This document shows, piece after piece, positions 41,794 through 53,358 of a DNA stretch of 64,000 bases (its first letter is position 1; every line of letters starts with the position of its first letter). The stretch lies in the NCBI GenBank assembly GCA_965199955.1, contig CBDATQ010000001.1, positions 160,001 to 224,000 on the forward strand, written 5' to 3'. The stretch comes from Spirochaetia bacterium. Lineage in GTDB: Bacteria > Spirochaetota > Spirochaetia > SZUA-6 > Bin103. Made by a program: the position numbers and the translations under genes. The notes beneath the pieces were generated by a model, which saw only the letters and a list, made by a program, of their open reading frames with translations, was not told where the DNA came from and ran no database searches.

Positions 41794-43025
41794 GCGAATA
41801 CCTCCATGGTGCGGTCGATCGCGCACGTGAGCGCCCCGATCTCCGCGCCCGTATTGTAGAACGCAAACGACGCGCGCGCCGTGGCGGGCACGCCGAATCG
41901 TTCCATGACCGGCTGTGCGCAGTGGTGTCCGGTGCGGATGGCGACCCCTTCGTCGTCCGCGATCGTGCCCAGGTCGTGCGGGTGGATGTCGCCGACCACG
42001 AACGACAGCACCGGCGCCTTGTCGGCCGCGGTGCCGATCACGCGGACGGCATCGATCGCCTGCAGCGCTTCGGTCGCGGCGCGCAGCAGGCGGCGCTCGC
42101 GCTCTTCGATCCAGTCGAAGCCCAGACCCTGCACGTAGTCGATCGCGGCGCCAAGGCCTATGACGCCGGCGATGTTCGGCGTCCCCGCTTCCAGCCGGTT
42201 GGGCAGTTCAGCGTAGGTGCTCCCCTCGAACGCGACGGACCGGATCATGTCGCCGCCGCCGGTCACCGGCGGCATCTCCTCCAGGAGCTCGCGCCGGCCG
42301 TAGAGCACACCGACGCCCGTCGGCCCGTACAGCTTGTGGCCGGAGAACGCCAGGAAGTCGCAGTCGAGGGCCTGAACGTCGATCGGCGTGTGGGCGACCG
42401 CCTGTGCGGCATCGACCAGCACCACGGCGCCGCGCTCGTGGGCCGCCGCGGCGAGGCCGGCCACCGGGACGACCGTTCCGAGGGCGTTGGATGCCAGCGT
42501 GACGGCGACCAGCCGCGTGCGCGGCGACAGCACCCGCTCCACCGCATCAAGGTCCAGGCTGCCGTCGTCCAGGATCGGCAGCACGCGCAGTGCACAGCCG
42601 CGCCGCTGGCAGGCCATCTGCCACGGCACGATGTTGGAGTGATGCTCCATCTCGGTGACGACGATCTCGTCCCCGTCACGGAGATTGGCGTCACCCCAGC
42701 TCTGCGCGACCAGGTTGATGGCTGCGGTCGTGCCGGCGGTAAAGACGATCTCCTCCCGCGCGCACGCGCCGATCAGGTCGCGGACGCGTTCGCGCGTGGA
42801 CTCGTAGCGCGCGGTAGCCCTCTGGCTCAGGTAGTGGACGCCGCGGTGGATGTTGGCTACTTCGTCCTGGTAGTGGTCGGCCACCGCCTGGATCACCGTC
42901 CGCGGCTTGAGCGTGGTGGCAGCGTTGTCCAGGTAGGCGAGCGGCCGGCCGTGCACGAGCCGTTCCAGCATCGGAAAGTCACCACGCACGGCAGTCAGAT
43001 CGACCGCTGCGCGGGGGGCGGGCAT
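41790..43025 (-). CDS. sufS: Cysteine desulfurase SufS
   Basis: YLDNAATT, EHHSN, FSGHKLYGP, RTGHHCA (group II). Confidence 0.96.
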   Translation of the reverse strand: MPAPRAAVDLTAVRGDFPMLERLVHGRPLAYLDNAATTLKPRTVIQAVADHYQDEVANIHRGVHYLSQRATARYESTRERVRDLIGACAREEIVFTAGTTAAINLVAQSWGDANLRDGDEIVVTEMEHHSNIVPWQMACQRRGCALRVLPILDDGSLDLDAVERVLSPRTRLVAVTLASNALGTVVPVAGLAAAAHERGAVVLVDAAQAVAHTPIDVQALDCDFLAFSGHKLYGPTGVGVLYGRRELLEEMPPVTGGGDMIRSVAFEGSTYAELPNRLEAGTPNIAGVIGLGAAIDYVQGLGFDWIEERERRLLRAATEALQAIDAVRVIGTAADKAPVLSFVVGDIHPHDLGTIADDEGVAIRTGHHCAQPVMERFGVPATARASFAFYNTGAEIGALTCAIDRTMEVFA

Positions 43026-44238
43026 CACGCGGCTTCCAGGCTGGCGAGGCCGCGGTCAAGCTGCGCCTGCAGGGCAGCCTCCACCTCGGAGATCTCGATC
43101 CTGCGGTTCACTTCATCCAGGAAGCCGCGTACCAGCATGGCGGTCGCCATGCCGCGAGGGATGCCGCGGCTCTGCAGGTAATGGAGCTGCTCGGGAGCCA
43201 GCGGTCCCGAGGTAGCCCCGTGCGTACAGCGTACCTGATCGGCGCCGATGCGAAGCTGCGGGCGCGCGTCCGCGCGCGACTCGGGATGCAGCAGGAGCGT
43301 GTTGCTCAGTTGGAAGGCATCGGTCCCCTGGGCGACGCGATCCACCTCGATCGTGCCCTGGAAGGCCGAGCGCGCGCCGTCGAGCAGCACGGTCTTGAAG
43401 AGCTGGTCGCTGGAGCACTCGGGCGCGCGGTGCTGGACGCAGGTGTGGACCTCCCCGTGCGCCGGGCCCGACAGGACGGCGGCTCCGCCCAGGCGGGCAC
43501 GCGCACCGCCGTCGAGCAGCGCGACGGTCGCTTCGATCCGGTCGATGGCCATCCCGCCACCGATCAGCGCAAGGTCGAGCTCCGCATCGGCGCCCACGGC
43601 GGCGCGCAGCGAGCCGAAGCCGAATGCCTTCGGGTCGTCGTCCGCCATCCGGTAGTAGCGCAGCGCGGCGCCCGGCGCCACCACAAGATCGGTGCTCGGT
43701 ACGTGCAGCGTGGCCGCCGGACGGTCCGGCGGCTCCCAGCGCTCCACCACCGTGGCGCGTGCCCCGGCCGCCAGCTCCACGCGGACGGCGTCGGCGTACA
43801 GCGTCCCGCCGTCGGGTCGAGGGCGACGGCGGTGGACGATCTCTACATAACGCGACTCGCCGGTATCGACGGTGACGTGGAACCCGGAGCCGGCGAACGC
43901 CTGATTGAGTGCCGTGAAGGCGTGCTGGGGATAGTCGCTCACCGCGCTCGCCGGCGGCTGTTGCGCTGCCGCCAGCGGCCGCCAGCCGCCGGCGAGCGCT
44001 GCATCCCCGCCGTCCCCGTCGGGCTCGTTCGCGGCCTGAAACCGCTCGCCGAGCAGCGGCCGCACGTTCGTGTACGTCCACGCCTCGTCGCGAGCCAGCG
44101 GCAGCCCTCCGGACGCCAGCCGCTCGCGGCCCGTCCGGCGCAGGGCGCTCAGCCAGGGAGGGCCGCCGTGCTCGGCATCGAAGTGGCAGGCGCGCTCGAT
44201 CAGCTCGGCGATCCAGGAGCGCGCCTGCTCGGCGACTG

Positions 44239-44242
<4 letters not shown>
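43025..44242 (-). CDS. sufD: Fe-S assembly protein SufD
   Basis: E.W.YT, PQLRI..D.V.CTHGAT, YLQSRGI. Confidence 0.92.
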
Positions 44243-45017
<775 letters not shown>

Positions 45018-45018
<1 letters not shown>

Positions 45019-46514
45019 CAGCCCACGCTCCCTTCGAGTTTCATTTCCAGCAACTTGACCGCCTCCACCGAGAACTCCAAGGGCAGTTTGCGGAACACCT
45101 CCTTGCAGAAGCCGTTGATCAGCAGGGAGATGGCGCCCTCGGTGTCGATGCCGCGGGTCGCCAGGTAGAAGAGCTGGTCGGCGCCGATCTTGGAGGTGGA
45201 CGCTTCGTGCTCGACCGTAGCGCTCGGGTTGCGCACCTCGATCGACGGGAAGGTGTTGGCCACGCACTCGTCCCCGACGAGCATCGAGTCGCACTGCGTG
45301 AAGTTGCGGGCGCCGTCGGCGCCGGGCTGGACGCGCACCTGTCCCCGGTAGCTGTTCACCGACCGGTCGGCCGAGATGCCCTTGGAGACGATCGTGCTGC
45401 TGGTGCGCGGCCCGATGTGGATCATCTTGGTGCCGGTATCGGCCTGCATGCGGTTATTGGTGAGCGCGACCGAGTAGAATTCGCCCACCGAGTCGGCGCC
45501 TGACAGGATGACGCTCGGGTACTTCCAGGTGATGGCGGCGCCGGCCTCCACCTGCGTCCACGAAATCCTGGAGCGCCGGCCCAGGCAGCGGCCGCGCTTG
45601 GTGACGAAGTTGTAGATGCCGCCACGGCCCTCCTCGTCGCCGGCGTACCAGTTCTGGACGGTCGAGTAGTTCACGGTCGCCTCGTCCAGCGCGACGATCT
45701 CCACGACGGCGGCGTGGAGCTGGTTCCGGTCGCGCATCGGTGCCGTGCATCCCTCGACGTAGTTCACGGAGCTGCCTTCCTCGGCGATGAGCAGCGTGCG
45801 CTCGAACTGTCCGGTCTCCGCCGCGTTGATGCGGAAGTAGGTGGACAGGTCGATCGGGCACTGCACGCCGCGCGGGATATAGCAGAACGATCCGTCGGTG
45901 AAGACCGCGGAGTTCAGCGCCGCGAAGTAGTTGTCGGCCGTCGGCACCACGGAGCCCAGGTAGCGCTGGACCAGCTCCGGATAGTCCTGCACAGCCTCAC
46001 CCATGGAACAGAACACGATCCCCAGCTTCTCGAGCTGCTCCTGGTTGGTGGTGCCGACGGAGACCGAGTCGAATACGGCGTCGATCGCCACGCCCATCAG
46101 CCGCTTCTGCTCCAGCAGCGGGATGCCCAGCCGCTCGAAGGTGGCGATCACCTCCGGGTCGACGTCGTCCAGCGACTTCGGGTTGTCGCCGTTCTGATTG
46201 GCGCCGACCTTCTTGGGCGCGGAGTAGTAGCGGATGTCCTGGTAGTCGATCTGCGGGTAGTCGACAAAGCGCCACCACGGCTCCTCCATCGCCTGCCACC
46301 GCTCCAGGGCGCGCAGGCGGAAGTCGAGCATGAAGGCGGGCTCGTTCTTCTTTTCCGAGATCAGCCGCACCGTATCGGCGGAAAGTCCCTTGGGTACCTC
46401 GTCGGTCTCCACGTCGGTGTGGAAGCCGGCGCGATACTCCTCACTCTTCGAGTAAGGTTCGCTCCGCTCACCTGGTTGCAGGGTGCTCTGCTGATCGTGC
46501 GCTGCGATTTCCAT
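45018..46514 (-). CDS. sufB: Fe-S assembly protein SufB
   Basis: [39 protein letters not shown]. Confidence 0.98.
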
Positions 46515-47011
46515 CAGGTCTCCTGGATCAAGAGGCTCATCGCCTGCTGGCTGCGGATGAATCGCTCTCTGATCTCCCGTTCGTCGTGGACCTCTTCGCT
46601 CTCCAGCAACTCGTCGACGCTCACGTCGCGGTAGAGCCGCTCCACCCGCTTGGCCAGGTTGACCACGGCCGAGATGACCGTGCAGGAGCCGGTGAGCTGG
46701 CACTCGCAGCGTTCGTCCATGCAGTTCGCGAAGCGCATGGACCCGAGCAGCGCCTCGCTCAGGTCGTACAGCGAATAGCGGCGCAGATCGGCGCGGAGCC
46801 GGTAGCCGCCCTGGGCCCCCTGTGCGGAGGCCAGCACGCCACAGCGTGCGAGCCGCTGCAGCACCTTGGACAGCACGTCGAAGGGCATGGGATGGATCCC
46901 GCACAGCTCGCGCGCCGTCACCAGGCGGTCGGCGCCATCCGTGGCACCGACCATGCGCATGTGCTGCAGGGCGAGCAGCGCGTATTCCAGCTTGCGGTGA
47001 ATCTTCAGCAA
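46514..47011 (-). CDS. Rrf2-family transcriptional regulator of the suf operon
   Basis: [20 protein letters not shown]-terminal Cys cluster C-x4-C-x-C-x5-C; TTG start after GAGG (ATG 47023 alternative). Confidence 0.9.
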   Translation of the reverse strand: MLKIHRKLEYALLALQHMRMVGATDGADRLVTARELCGIHPMPFDVLSKVLQRLARCGVLASAQGAQGGYRLRADLRRYSLYDLSEALLGSMRFANCMDERCECQLTGSCTVISAVVNLAKRVERLYRDVSVDELLESEEVHDEREIRERFIRSQQAMSLLIQET

Positions 47012-47065
47012 ATCGGACCTCATTGGTCGTATTTGTACAGTACGGCCGGACGGGTCACCGGTCAA
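47010..47065 (-). promoter_or_regulatory. suf promoter TTGACC-N17-TACTGT with downstream imperfect palindrome (candidate Rrf2 operator)
   Basis: Minus strand AATACGACC-aatga-GGTCCGATT overlaps the RBS. Confidence 0.5.
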
Positions 47066-47099
47066 CCGGTGCCGGCTGTCACGGGACCGTTCGCAGAGA

Positions 47100-47138
47100 T
47101 TGACGGATCATCTTCAGATGAGGCTACATTAGAGCTAC
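47100..47138 (+). promoter_or_regulatory. TA promoter/operator region
   Basis: TTGACG...TACATT (19-bp spacer), palindrome TCATCT-tc-AGATGA, GCTAC direct repeat. Confidence 0.45.
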
Positions 47139-47153
47139 GTCGAAGGTTCAATC

Positions 47154-47411
47154 TTGGCCACCAACGCCGTAGTTCGAGCGAGGATCGACAGCGAAACCAA
47201 AGCGCGCGCCACCGAGGCGCTCAACGCCATGGGCCTTTCGGTCTCCGATGCCATTCGCCTGTTGCTGTTGCGGGTGGCCGATGAGAAGCGCCTGCCCTTC
47301 GCCGTGCAGGTACCGAACGCAGCTACCCTCGAAGCGATAGAGGAGTTGGACGAGGGCTCAGGCGAGCGGTTTGATACCGCCGAGGAGCTGTTCCGAGACC
47401 TCGGCATGTGA
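47154..47411 (+). CDS. dinJ: RelB/DinJ-family antitoxin
   Basis: VRARID..TK..A...L..MGLSVSDAIRL...LPF...PNA.T..A..E; TTG start. Confidence 0.9.
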   Translation: MATNAVVRARIDSETKARATEALNAMGLSVSDAIRLLLLRVADEKRLPFAVQVPNAATLEAIEELDEGSGERFDTAEELFRDLGM

Positions 47412-47412
47412 T

Positions 47413-47685
47413 GTGCTGAAGGCGGTCCGATCCTCGCAGTTCAAACGCGACGTCAAGAAGGCTGCGAAACGGGGAAAGGATCTCGGCACGCTGCGCGTGG
47501 TGTTGGCGACTCTGCTCCGTCAGGAGCGGTTGGCAGCCCGCTACCGCGATCATCCGCTGCGGGGCATCTGGCAGCGGTATCGGGAGGTCCACATCGAGCC
47601 GGATTGGCTCTTGATCTACCGGGTCGTGGGCGATGAATTGCGCCTGGTGCGCACCGGCTCCCATGCCGATCTCTTCAGAGAGTAG
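47413..47685 (+). CDS. yafQ: YafQ-family mRNA interferase toxin
   Basis: QFKRD.K, YRDHPL.G.W..YRE.HI.PDWLLIY, RTGSHADLF. Confidence 0.92.
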   Translation: MLKAVRSSQFKRDVKKAAKRGKDLGTLRVVLATLLRQERLAARYRDHPLRGIWQRYREVHIEPDWLLIYRVVGDELRLVRTGSHADLFRE

Positions 47686-47702
47686 TACCGCTCGGCTCGC
47701 TG

Positions 47703-48440
47703 TCAGCCGGCAAACGGGTTGGTGCCCCAGATCTCCATGTCGCGGATCAGCGTTCGTCCGGGCAGCGCGGCGAGGTGGACGATGGTGGCGCCGATGTCGG
47801 CCGCGTGCAGGTGCAGGCCGGGGCCGGCGGGCGGGCCGTCGTCCGGGCCCGAGTCGATGCTGCTGGGGTTGAGCACCACGATGCGAATGTTGTCGCGGCG
47901 CACCTCGTACAGCAGCGCCTGCGCGAACCCGCGCAGTCCGAACTTGCAGGCGGCGTAGGCGCTGGAGCCGGGATCGGCCTTCTTGCCGCTCATGGACCCG
48001 ATCATGAACACGTCGCCGCGCCGGCGCGCGATCATGGCCGGCAGGAACGCCTTGGTGGTCAGGAACACCCCGGTCAGGTTGGTCTGGATCGAGCGGTTCC
48101 ATTCCTCCAGCGTCATCGTTGCCACGCGGCCGCCGGCGAACGCGGCGGCGTTGTTGACCAGCAGGTCGGGATCGCCGATCGCCCGCCGCACCTCGGCAGG
48201 CAGGGCGGCGATCGCGTCCGGGGCGCTCTGATCGCAGCCGAAGCCGGCGCATTCCCCCCGTGGGTGGGAGGCCTGAAGATCTGCGGCAGCCCGTCGCGCA
48301 CGTTCGCCGTCGCGGCCGGTGATCGCCACGTGCGCACCGGCGGCCAGGAGCGCCGCGGCGATGTGGCTGCCCAGGCCGCGGGTGCCGCCGGTCACCAGCG
48401 CGATCCGGCCGTCGAGCGGAAGGGAGCGAGGATCGGGCAC
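47703..48440 (-). CDS. SDR-family oxidoreductase
   Basis: TGGTRGLG, NNA, YAACK. Confidence 0.92.
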   Translation of the reverse strand: MPDPRSLPLDGRIALVTGGTRGLGSHIAAALLAAGAHVAITGRDGERARRAAADLQASHPRGECAGFGCDQSAPDAIAALPAEVRRAIGDPDLLVNNAAAFAGGRVATMTLEEWNRSIQTNLTGVFLTTKAFLPAMIARRRGDVFMIGSMSGKKADPGSSAYAACKFGLRGFAQALLYEVRRDNIRIVVLNPSSIDSGPDDGPPAGPGLHLHAADIGATIVHLAALPGRTLIRDMEIWGTNPFAG

Positions 48441-48441
48441 G

Positions 48442-49638
48442 TCAGGCTCCGGGTTGCGGCTCGGCCGGCGCGCCGGTGTCCGCGTCCGAGCTCACGGCCT
48501 GCTGCGCGAGCAGCCGCCCGCCCAGGGTCGAGGGAGAGATCACCTGGTCGACGCCCAACCGCCGTACTTTCTCGACGTTCTCCTCGTCCTCGATGCGGAC
48601 CAGGATCGCGAACCCCGAGCCGGGGTTCGCGTCACGCAGGTCCTTGGCGTTGACGGCCACCAGAGTGTTCGTCGAGTCGCTGTCGAAGGACGCGATCACC
48701 GCCTGCGCGGTGAGCACGTTCGCCTCCAGCAGTGTGTCGCGCAGCGTCGGGTCCTCCTCCAGCACGTCGTGGCCCTTGCCGCGCAGGCTCTGCGCGATCT
48801 TCTCACGGTCGTCGACGATTACGGCCACCACGTTGCGGTCGCGCAGCTCGTCCAGGACGCTGGCCGCGACGCCGCTGTAGCCGCACACCACCACGTGGTC
48901 GCTCAACCGTTGGAACCGTTTCACCAGGCTCATCACCCCCTTCATGCGCCCTTCGACGATCGGGCCCAGCGTCACCGACAGCGCGGTGACGAACAACGTC
49001 ACGCCGATCATGAACATCGATACCGAGAACCAGCGGGCATCGCTGCCCACCGGGTAGATCCCCTCGACATCGTAGTCGTACCCCAGGGTGGCGTACGCGA
49101 CCAGTGCGAAGTACGCGGCGTCCGACCAGCCGTTGATGCCGTGGAACTGGTCCCGCAGCAGGTACGCGCCGACGATTCCGTAGGCCAGCGCCAGCGCGAC
49201 CGCGAGGATGGCCACCACCTGTCCGTAGCTCAGGCGAATCGAGCCCCGCACGGAGAACGTCCGGCGGCGTGCCAGCAGCGTGGCGATTACCAGCAGCGCC
49301 GGTACCAGACCAAGGACGCTTTCGGCCTGGATCGCGTCGTGCAGGTAGATCGGCAAACTCACCACCGACATGCACAGGGCGACGGCCCATGCCCACCGCC
49401 GGCGTTCCATCAAGGCCTTGGCGAGCAGAAGCAGGAAGATGCCGTAGACGATCCTGACGAGTCCCGAGATCTCGTTGCCGCTATCGTTGATGGCCCTGAA
49501 CTGCTCGACCTCCAGCGCCATCATCCGCGCTACGCCCAAACCCAGTTGCAGGAGACCGAGCCACCCGATCGCGATCGCGATCCAGGTGGAGGCTCTTGGC
49601 AGCCGGAACAGGCGTCGGTGCCGCCGTGCGTTGCTCAC
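48442..49638 (-). CDS. Kch/MthK-like ion channel with RCK (TrkA-N) domain
   Basis: Multiple TMs, pore helix WSDAAYFALV..ATLGY, HVVVCGY, N.EKVRRLGVDQVISP. Confidence 0.85.
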   Translation of the reverse strand: MSNARRHRRLFRLPRASTWIAIAIGWLGLLQLGLGVARMMALEVEQFRAINDSGNEISGLVRIVYGIFLLLLAKALMERRRWAWAVALCMSVVSLPIYLHDAIQAESVLGLVPALLVIATLLARRRTFSVRGSIRLSYGQVVAILAVALALAYGIVGAYLLRDQFHGINGWSDAAYFALVAYATLGYDYDVEGIYPVGSDARWFSVSMFMIGVTLFVTALSVTLGPIVEGRMKGVMSLVKRFQRLSDHVVVCGYSGVAASVLDELRDRNVVAVIVDDREKIAQSLRGKGHDVLEEDPTLRDTLLEANVLTAQAVIASFDSDSTNTLVAVNAKDLRDANPGSGFAILVRIEDEENVEKVRRLGVDQVISPSTLGGRLLAQQAVSSDADTGAPAEPQPGA

Positions 49639-49792
49639 GGCCGAGCGCCTTCGGTCGTGTCGGGACCATGCATCAGCAGCGCATAGTAGCGTCCCGGGAA
49701 CCTTCGGTCGGCCGATCCGGCAGACCTCCGTTGGTCGCCGTGCTTGTAGGTTACCCGACAAGCTCCTAGAATCGCGGGCGCTCGGAAGTCCC

Positions 49793-51532
49793 ATCAAAAG
49801 CCTCACGATCCTCCTTCCGGCGCTGCGGCGCCGCGCCGGCCGGCTGCTGCTCGGGTTCGCCTGCATGGTCGGGCAGAACTACGCCCTGCTGCGCGGCTCG
49901 GAGTTCCTCAGGCTGCTCCTGGACGAGATCGCCGACGGCGCCAACGAGCGCACGGTCGTGCTGGGGCTGATCGCCCAGGCGTTGGCCTTCGCGGTCGGCG
50001 TCGGCGTCTGCATGTACGGCATGCGCAGGCTCATCATCGGCGTCTCGCGCGACGTCGAGTACGAGTTGCGCGACGTGCTCTTCCGCAAGCTGTTGGCGCT
50101 CGACTTCGACTTCTACCAGCGGCGCCGCACCGGCGACATCATCTCACGCTGTACCAACGATCTGAACGACGTGCGCACGCTGCTGGGCCCCGGCATCATG
50201 TACCTGCCGGACGGGCTGTCGCGGCTGGCGCTGTTCGCGCCCGTGCTGGTCGGCCTGCACGCGCCGATGGCCGGCGCCCTGGGCGCGCTGGTGGTGGCGC
50301 TGGTCGCCGTGATCCTGGTGATCACGCCGCGGCTGCGCCCCCGGTTCCGCCGCGTGCAGGAGCTGGTGGCGGCGATCAACGACCGCGTGTGGCAGATCGT
50401 CACCGGCATCAACACGGTCAAGCTGTACGGGCTGGCAGCCGGCGAGACCGAGCGCTTCCGGGAGCTCAACCGGCGCTACATCTCGGCCAACGTGGGGCTG
50501 GCGCGCACGCGCGGAGTACTGTGGCCTCTGCTGCAGTTCATGTACGGGCTGGCCACGCTGCTTCTGCTCCTGCTGGGCGGCGGAGCGGTGATCCGCGGCA
50601 CACTCACCATCGGCGAGCTGCTGCAGTTCGCGGCGATCGTCGGCTGGCTGACCTTCCCGGTCCTGTCGCTGGGCTGGGTGAGCTCGCTCATCCAGCAGGG
50701 GATAAGCGCCATGGAGCGCATCCGCGCGATCCTGGACCACCCGGTCGCCGCCCGGCGGGCCCATCCCGTTCCGGTGCCGGCGGGACCGATGGCCGTGAGC
50801 GCCGACGGCGTGTCGTACCGTTTCCCGAACGCCGACCGCGATGCCCTGACCGGCGTGAACCTCGCCCTTCGAGCCGGCCGGACGCTGGGCATCACCGGCG
50901 GCGTCGGCTCAGGCAAGAGCTCGCTGGTGATGCTGCTCGCCGGCATCGCCGCGCCGTTGGCCGGCACGCTGACGTTCAACGGTGTCGACGCCAAGGCGAT
51001 CGATCCGTCCGCCTATCGAGGCCGCATCGCCTACGTCCCGCAGGAACCGTTCCTGTTCTCAGCCACCGTCGCCGAGAACATCGCCATGGGCAGCGAGCAG
51101 GAGGTTTCCCACGATCGCATCGTCGCGGCCGCCCGCCTGGCGGCGGTCGACCAGGACATCGCCCGCTTCCCTGACGGGTACGACACCCTGGTCGGCGAGC
51201 GCGGCATCACGCTGTCCGGCGGCCAGCGCCAACGGGTGGCGATCGCGCGGGCGCTGGTGCGCGACAGCGACCTTCTGATCATGGACGACGCGCTGTCGTC
51301 CGTGGACTCCGACACCGAGACGGCGATTCTCACCAACCTGCGCGGGCTGCGCTCGTCGCGCACGATCGTGATCGTCTCGCACCGGGTGTCGGCGCTTCAG
51401 CTCGCCGACCGCGTCGCGGTGATGGAGGGCGGCACCGTGGTGGAGACCGGCTCCCACAAGCGGCTGCTGCGCGCCCGCGGCCGCTACGCCCGGCTGGCGG
51501 AGCTGCAGCAGCTCGAGGCGGCGCTGCGGTGA
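49793..51532 (+). CDS. Heterodimeric ABC exporter subunit 1 (MdlA-like); probable non-canonical start
   Basis: TM domain, GGVGSGKS, LSGGQRQR, degenerate Walker B IMDDALSSVD; first ATG at 49865 lies inside TM1. Confidence 0.88.
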   Translation: MKSLTILLPALRRRAGRLLLGFACMVGQNYALLRGSEFLRLLLDEIADGANERTVVLGLIAQALAFAVGVGVCMYGMRRLIIGVSRDVEYELRDVLFRKLLALDFDFYQRRRTGDIISRCTNDLNDVRTLLGPGIMYLPDGLSRLALFAPVLVGLHAPMAGALGALVVALVAVILVITPRLRPRFRRVQELVAAINDRVWQIVTGINTVKLYGLAAGETERFRELNRRYISANVGLARTRGVLWPLLQFMYGLATLLLLLLGGGAVIRGTLTIGELLQFAAIVGWLTFPVLSLGWVSSLIQQGISAMERIRAILDHPVAARRAHPVPVPAGPMAVSADGVSYRFPNADRDALTGVNLALRAGRTLGITGGVGSGKSSLVMLLAGIAAPLAGTLTFNGVDAKAIDPSAYRGRIAYVPQEPFLFSATVAENIAMGSEQEVSHDRIVAAARLAAVDQDIARFPDGYDTLVGERGITLSGGQRQRVAIARALVRDSDLLIMDDALSSVDSDTETAILTNLRGLRSSRTIVIVSHRVSALQLADRVAVMEGGTVVETGSHKRLLRARGRYARLAELQQLEAALR

Positions 51533-53358
51533 GCGCATCGGCGGACGGTCGCGGTACCCGGCCGCGGGGCGAGGGCGGTCTGGACTTCCGCCTCACCCGC
51601 CGGCTCGCCTCCTACGTGTTGGGCCACAAGACGCTGGTCGGCGCGTCGCTTGTCGCGATGCTGTCGACCGACCTGCTGCACGTGACGGTGCCGGCACTGG
51701 TCAAGCTCGGCATCGACCGCGACATCGCCGCCGGCGACCTGCGCGGCCTGCGCACGACCGCGCTGCTGCTGGCCGCGGCGATGGTCGGCCGGTTCGCGAC
51801 CCAGGTGGGATTCACGGTGATCGTCGAGATGCTCGGCCAGCGGCTGCTGTTCGACCTGCGCCTGGACCTGCTGCGCAAGGTGCTGCGCCTGGGCAACGAC
51901 TACTTCGACCGCACGCCGGTGGGAGCGACCCTCACCAACGTCACCAACGACGTGGAGGCGGTCCGCCAGTTCATTTCCGACGGCATCGTCAACATTCTCG
52001 GCGACTCGGTGAAGGTGCTGTTCATCCTGGGCGCGATGGTGTTGATCAACCCGGGCCTGGCGGCCGTCACCTTCGTCTCCCTGCCGCTGTTCGCGATCGC
52101 CACCGTCGCCTTCCGCAACGCCCTGCGCCACGGGTTCCGGGGCGTGCGCGCCGCCAATGCCGCGATCAACACGACGCTGTCCGAGACGGTTACCGGCATC
52201 CGCGAGATCACGGTGCTGAACCATCAGGCGCGCAGCCTGGCCCGCTTCGAGCGGCACAACCGCGACTACCTGAGCTCCTACCTGGCGGTGGTGCGCGCGT
52301 TCTCCCGTTACTTCCCCACCATCGAGGTGGTCGCCCACCTCGGGATGCTCACGGTGATGGCGGCCGCACACTTCACGATTGGCGTGTCCGTGCAGGTCGG
52401 CGATGTGTTCGCCTTCGCCAGCTACATCACCATGCTGTTCATGCCGCTGCGCCAGCTCGCGGAAAAGTTCAACACGTTCCAGTCGGCGATGGCGGCCTCG
52501 GAGCGCATCTTCACCATGCTCGACCGCACCGAGTCGATCGCGCCTCCGCATCGCCCGGTGCCCCTTCCGCCACGGGACGAGCGCTCGGGAGGTGTGGCGT
52601 TCCGGGGCGTCAGCTTTGCCTACGTGCCCGACGCGCCGGTGTTCACGGACTTGTCGTTCCGGGCGCGACCGGGCGAGCGGATCGCGCTGGTGGGCTCGAC
52701 GGGCTCCGGCAAGTCGACGGTCATCAACCTGATCAACCGTCTGTACGACGCCGACGGCGGCGCGGTGGAGGTGGACGGCGTCGACGTGCGTCTGGCAGAC
52801 AGGGACGAGCTTCGCCGGCGGATCGTCACCATCCCGCAGTCGCTGTTCCTGTTTTCCGGCACCGTGCACGACAACATCGCCCTCTTCGACCGGTCGGTGA
52901 GCCGCGCGCAGGTGGTGGAGGCTGCGCGCGCGGTCAACCTGGACGGCTTCATCCGGTCGCTGCCGCACGGTTACGACGAGGAGGTTCTGGAGGAGGGCAA
53001 GTCGCTGTCCACCGGGCAGAAGCAGCTCCTGTCCTTCGCACGTGCGTTCGTGCGCGACCCGGACGTGGTGATCATGGACGAGGCGACCTCCAGCATCGAC
53101 GCGGAGTCGGAGCGGCTGATCGAGGAGGCCACCGCCACACTTCTGGCCGGGCGGACGGCGATCGTGATCGCCCATCGGCTGTCGACCATCCGCTCGGTGG
53201 ACCGCATCCTGGTCCTGCATGATGGGGCGCTGGCGGAGGAGGGCGACCACGACACCTTGCTGGCCCGCGACGGGGTGTACGCCAAGCTCTACCGGGTGCA
53301 GATGCTGGCGCTCGCCGCCTCTGGTTCGCAGGGCAACGAGGCTGACGCAGCAGGTTGA
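51529..53358 (+). CDS. Heterodimeric ABC exporter subunit 2 (MdlB-like)
   Basis: GSTGSGKST, degenerate signature LSTGQKQL, MDEATSS; GTGA overlap. Confidence 0.93.
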   Translation: MSASADGRGTRPRGEGGLDFRLTRRLASYVLGHKTLVGASLVAMLSTDLLHVTVPALVKLGIDRDIAAGDLRGLRTTALLLAAAMVGRFATQVGFTVIVEMLGQRLLFDLRLDLLRKVLRLGNDYFDRTPVGATLTNVTNDVEAVRQFISDGIVNILGDSVKVLFILGAMVLINPGLAAVTFVSLPLFAIATVAFRNALRHGFRGVRAANAAINTTLSETVTGIREITVLNHQARSLARFERHNRDYLSSYLAVVRAFSRYFPTIEVVAHLGMLTVMAAAHFTIGVSVQVGDVFAFASYITMLFMPLRQLAEKFNTFQSAMAASERIFTMLDRTESIAPPHRPVPLPPRDERSGGVAFRGVSFAYVPDAPVFTDLSFRARPGERIALVGSTGSGKSTVINLINRLYDADGGAVEVDGVDVRLADRDELRRRIVTIPQSLFLFSGTVHDNIALFDRSVSRAQVVEAARAVNLDGFIRSLPHGYDEEVLEEGKSLSTGQKQLLSFARAFVRDPDVVIMDEATSSIDAESERLIEEATATLLAGRTAIVIAHRLSTIRSVDRILVLHDGALAEEGDHDTLLARDGVYAKLYRVQMLALAASGSQGNEADAAG

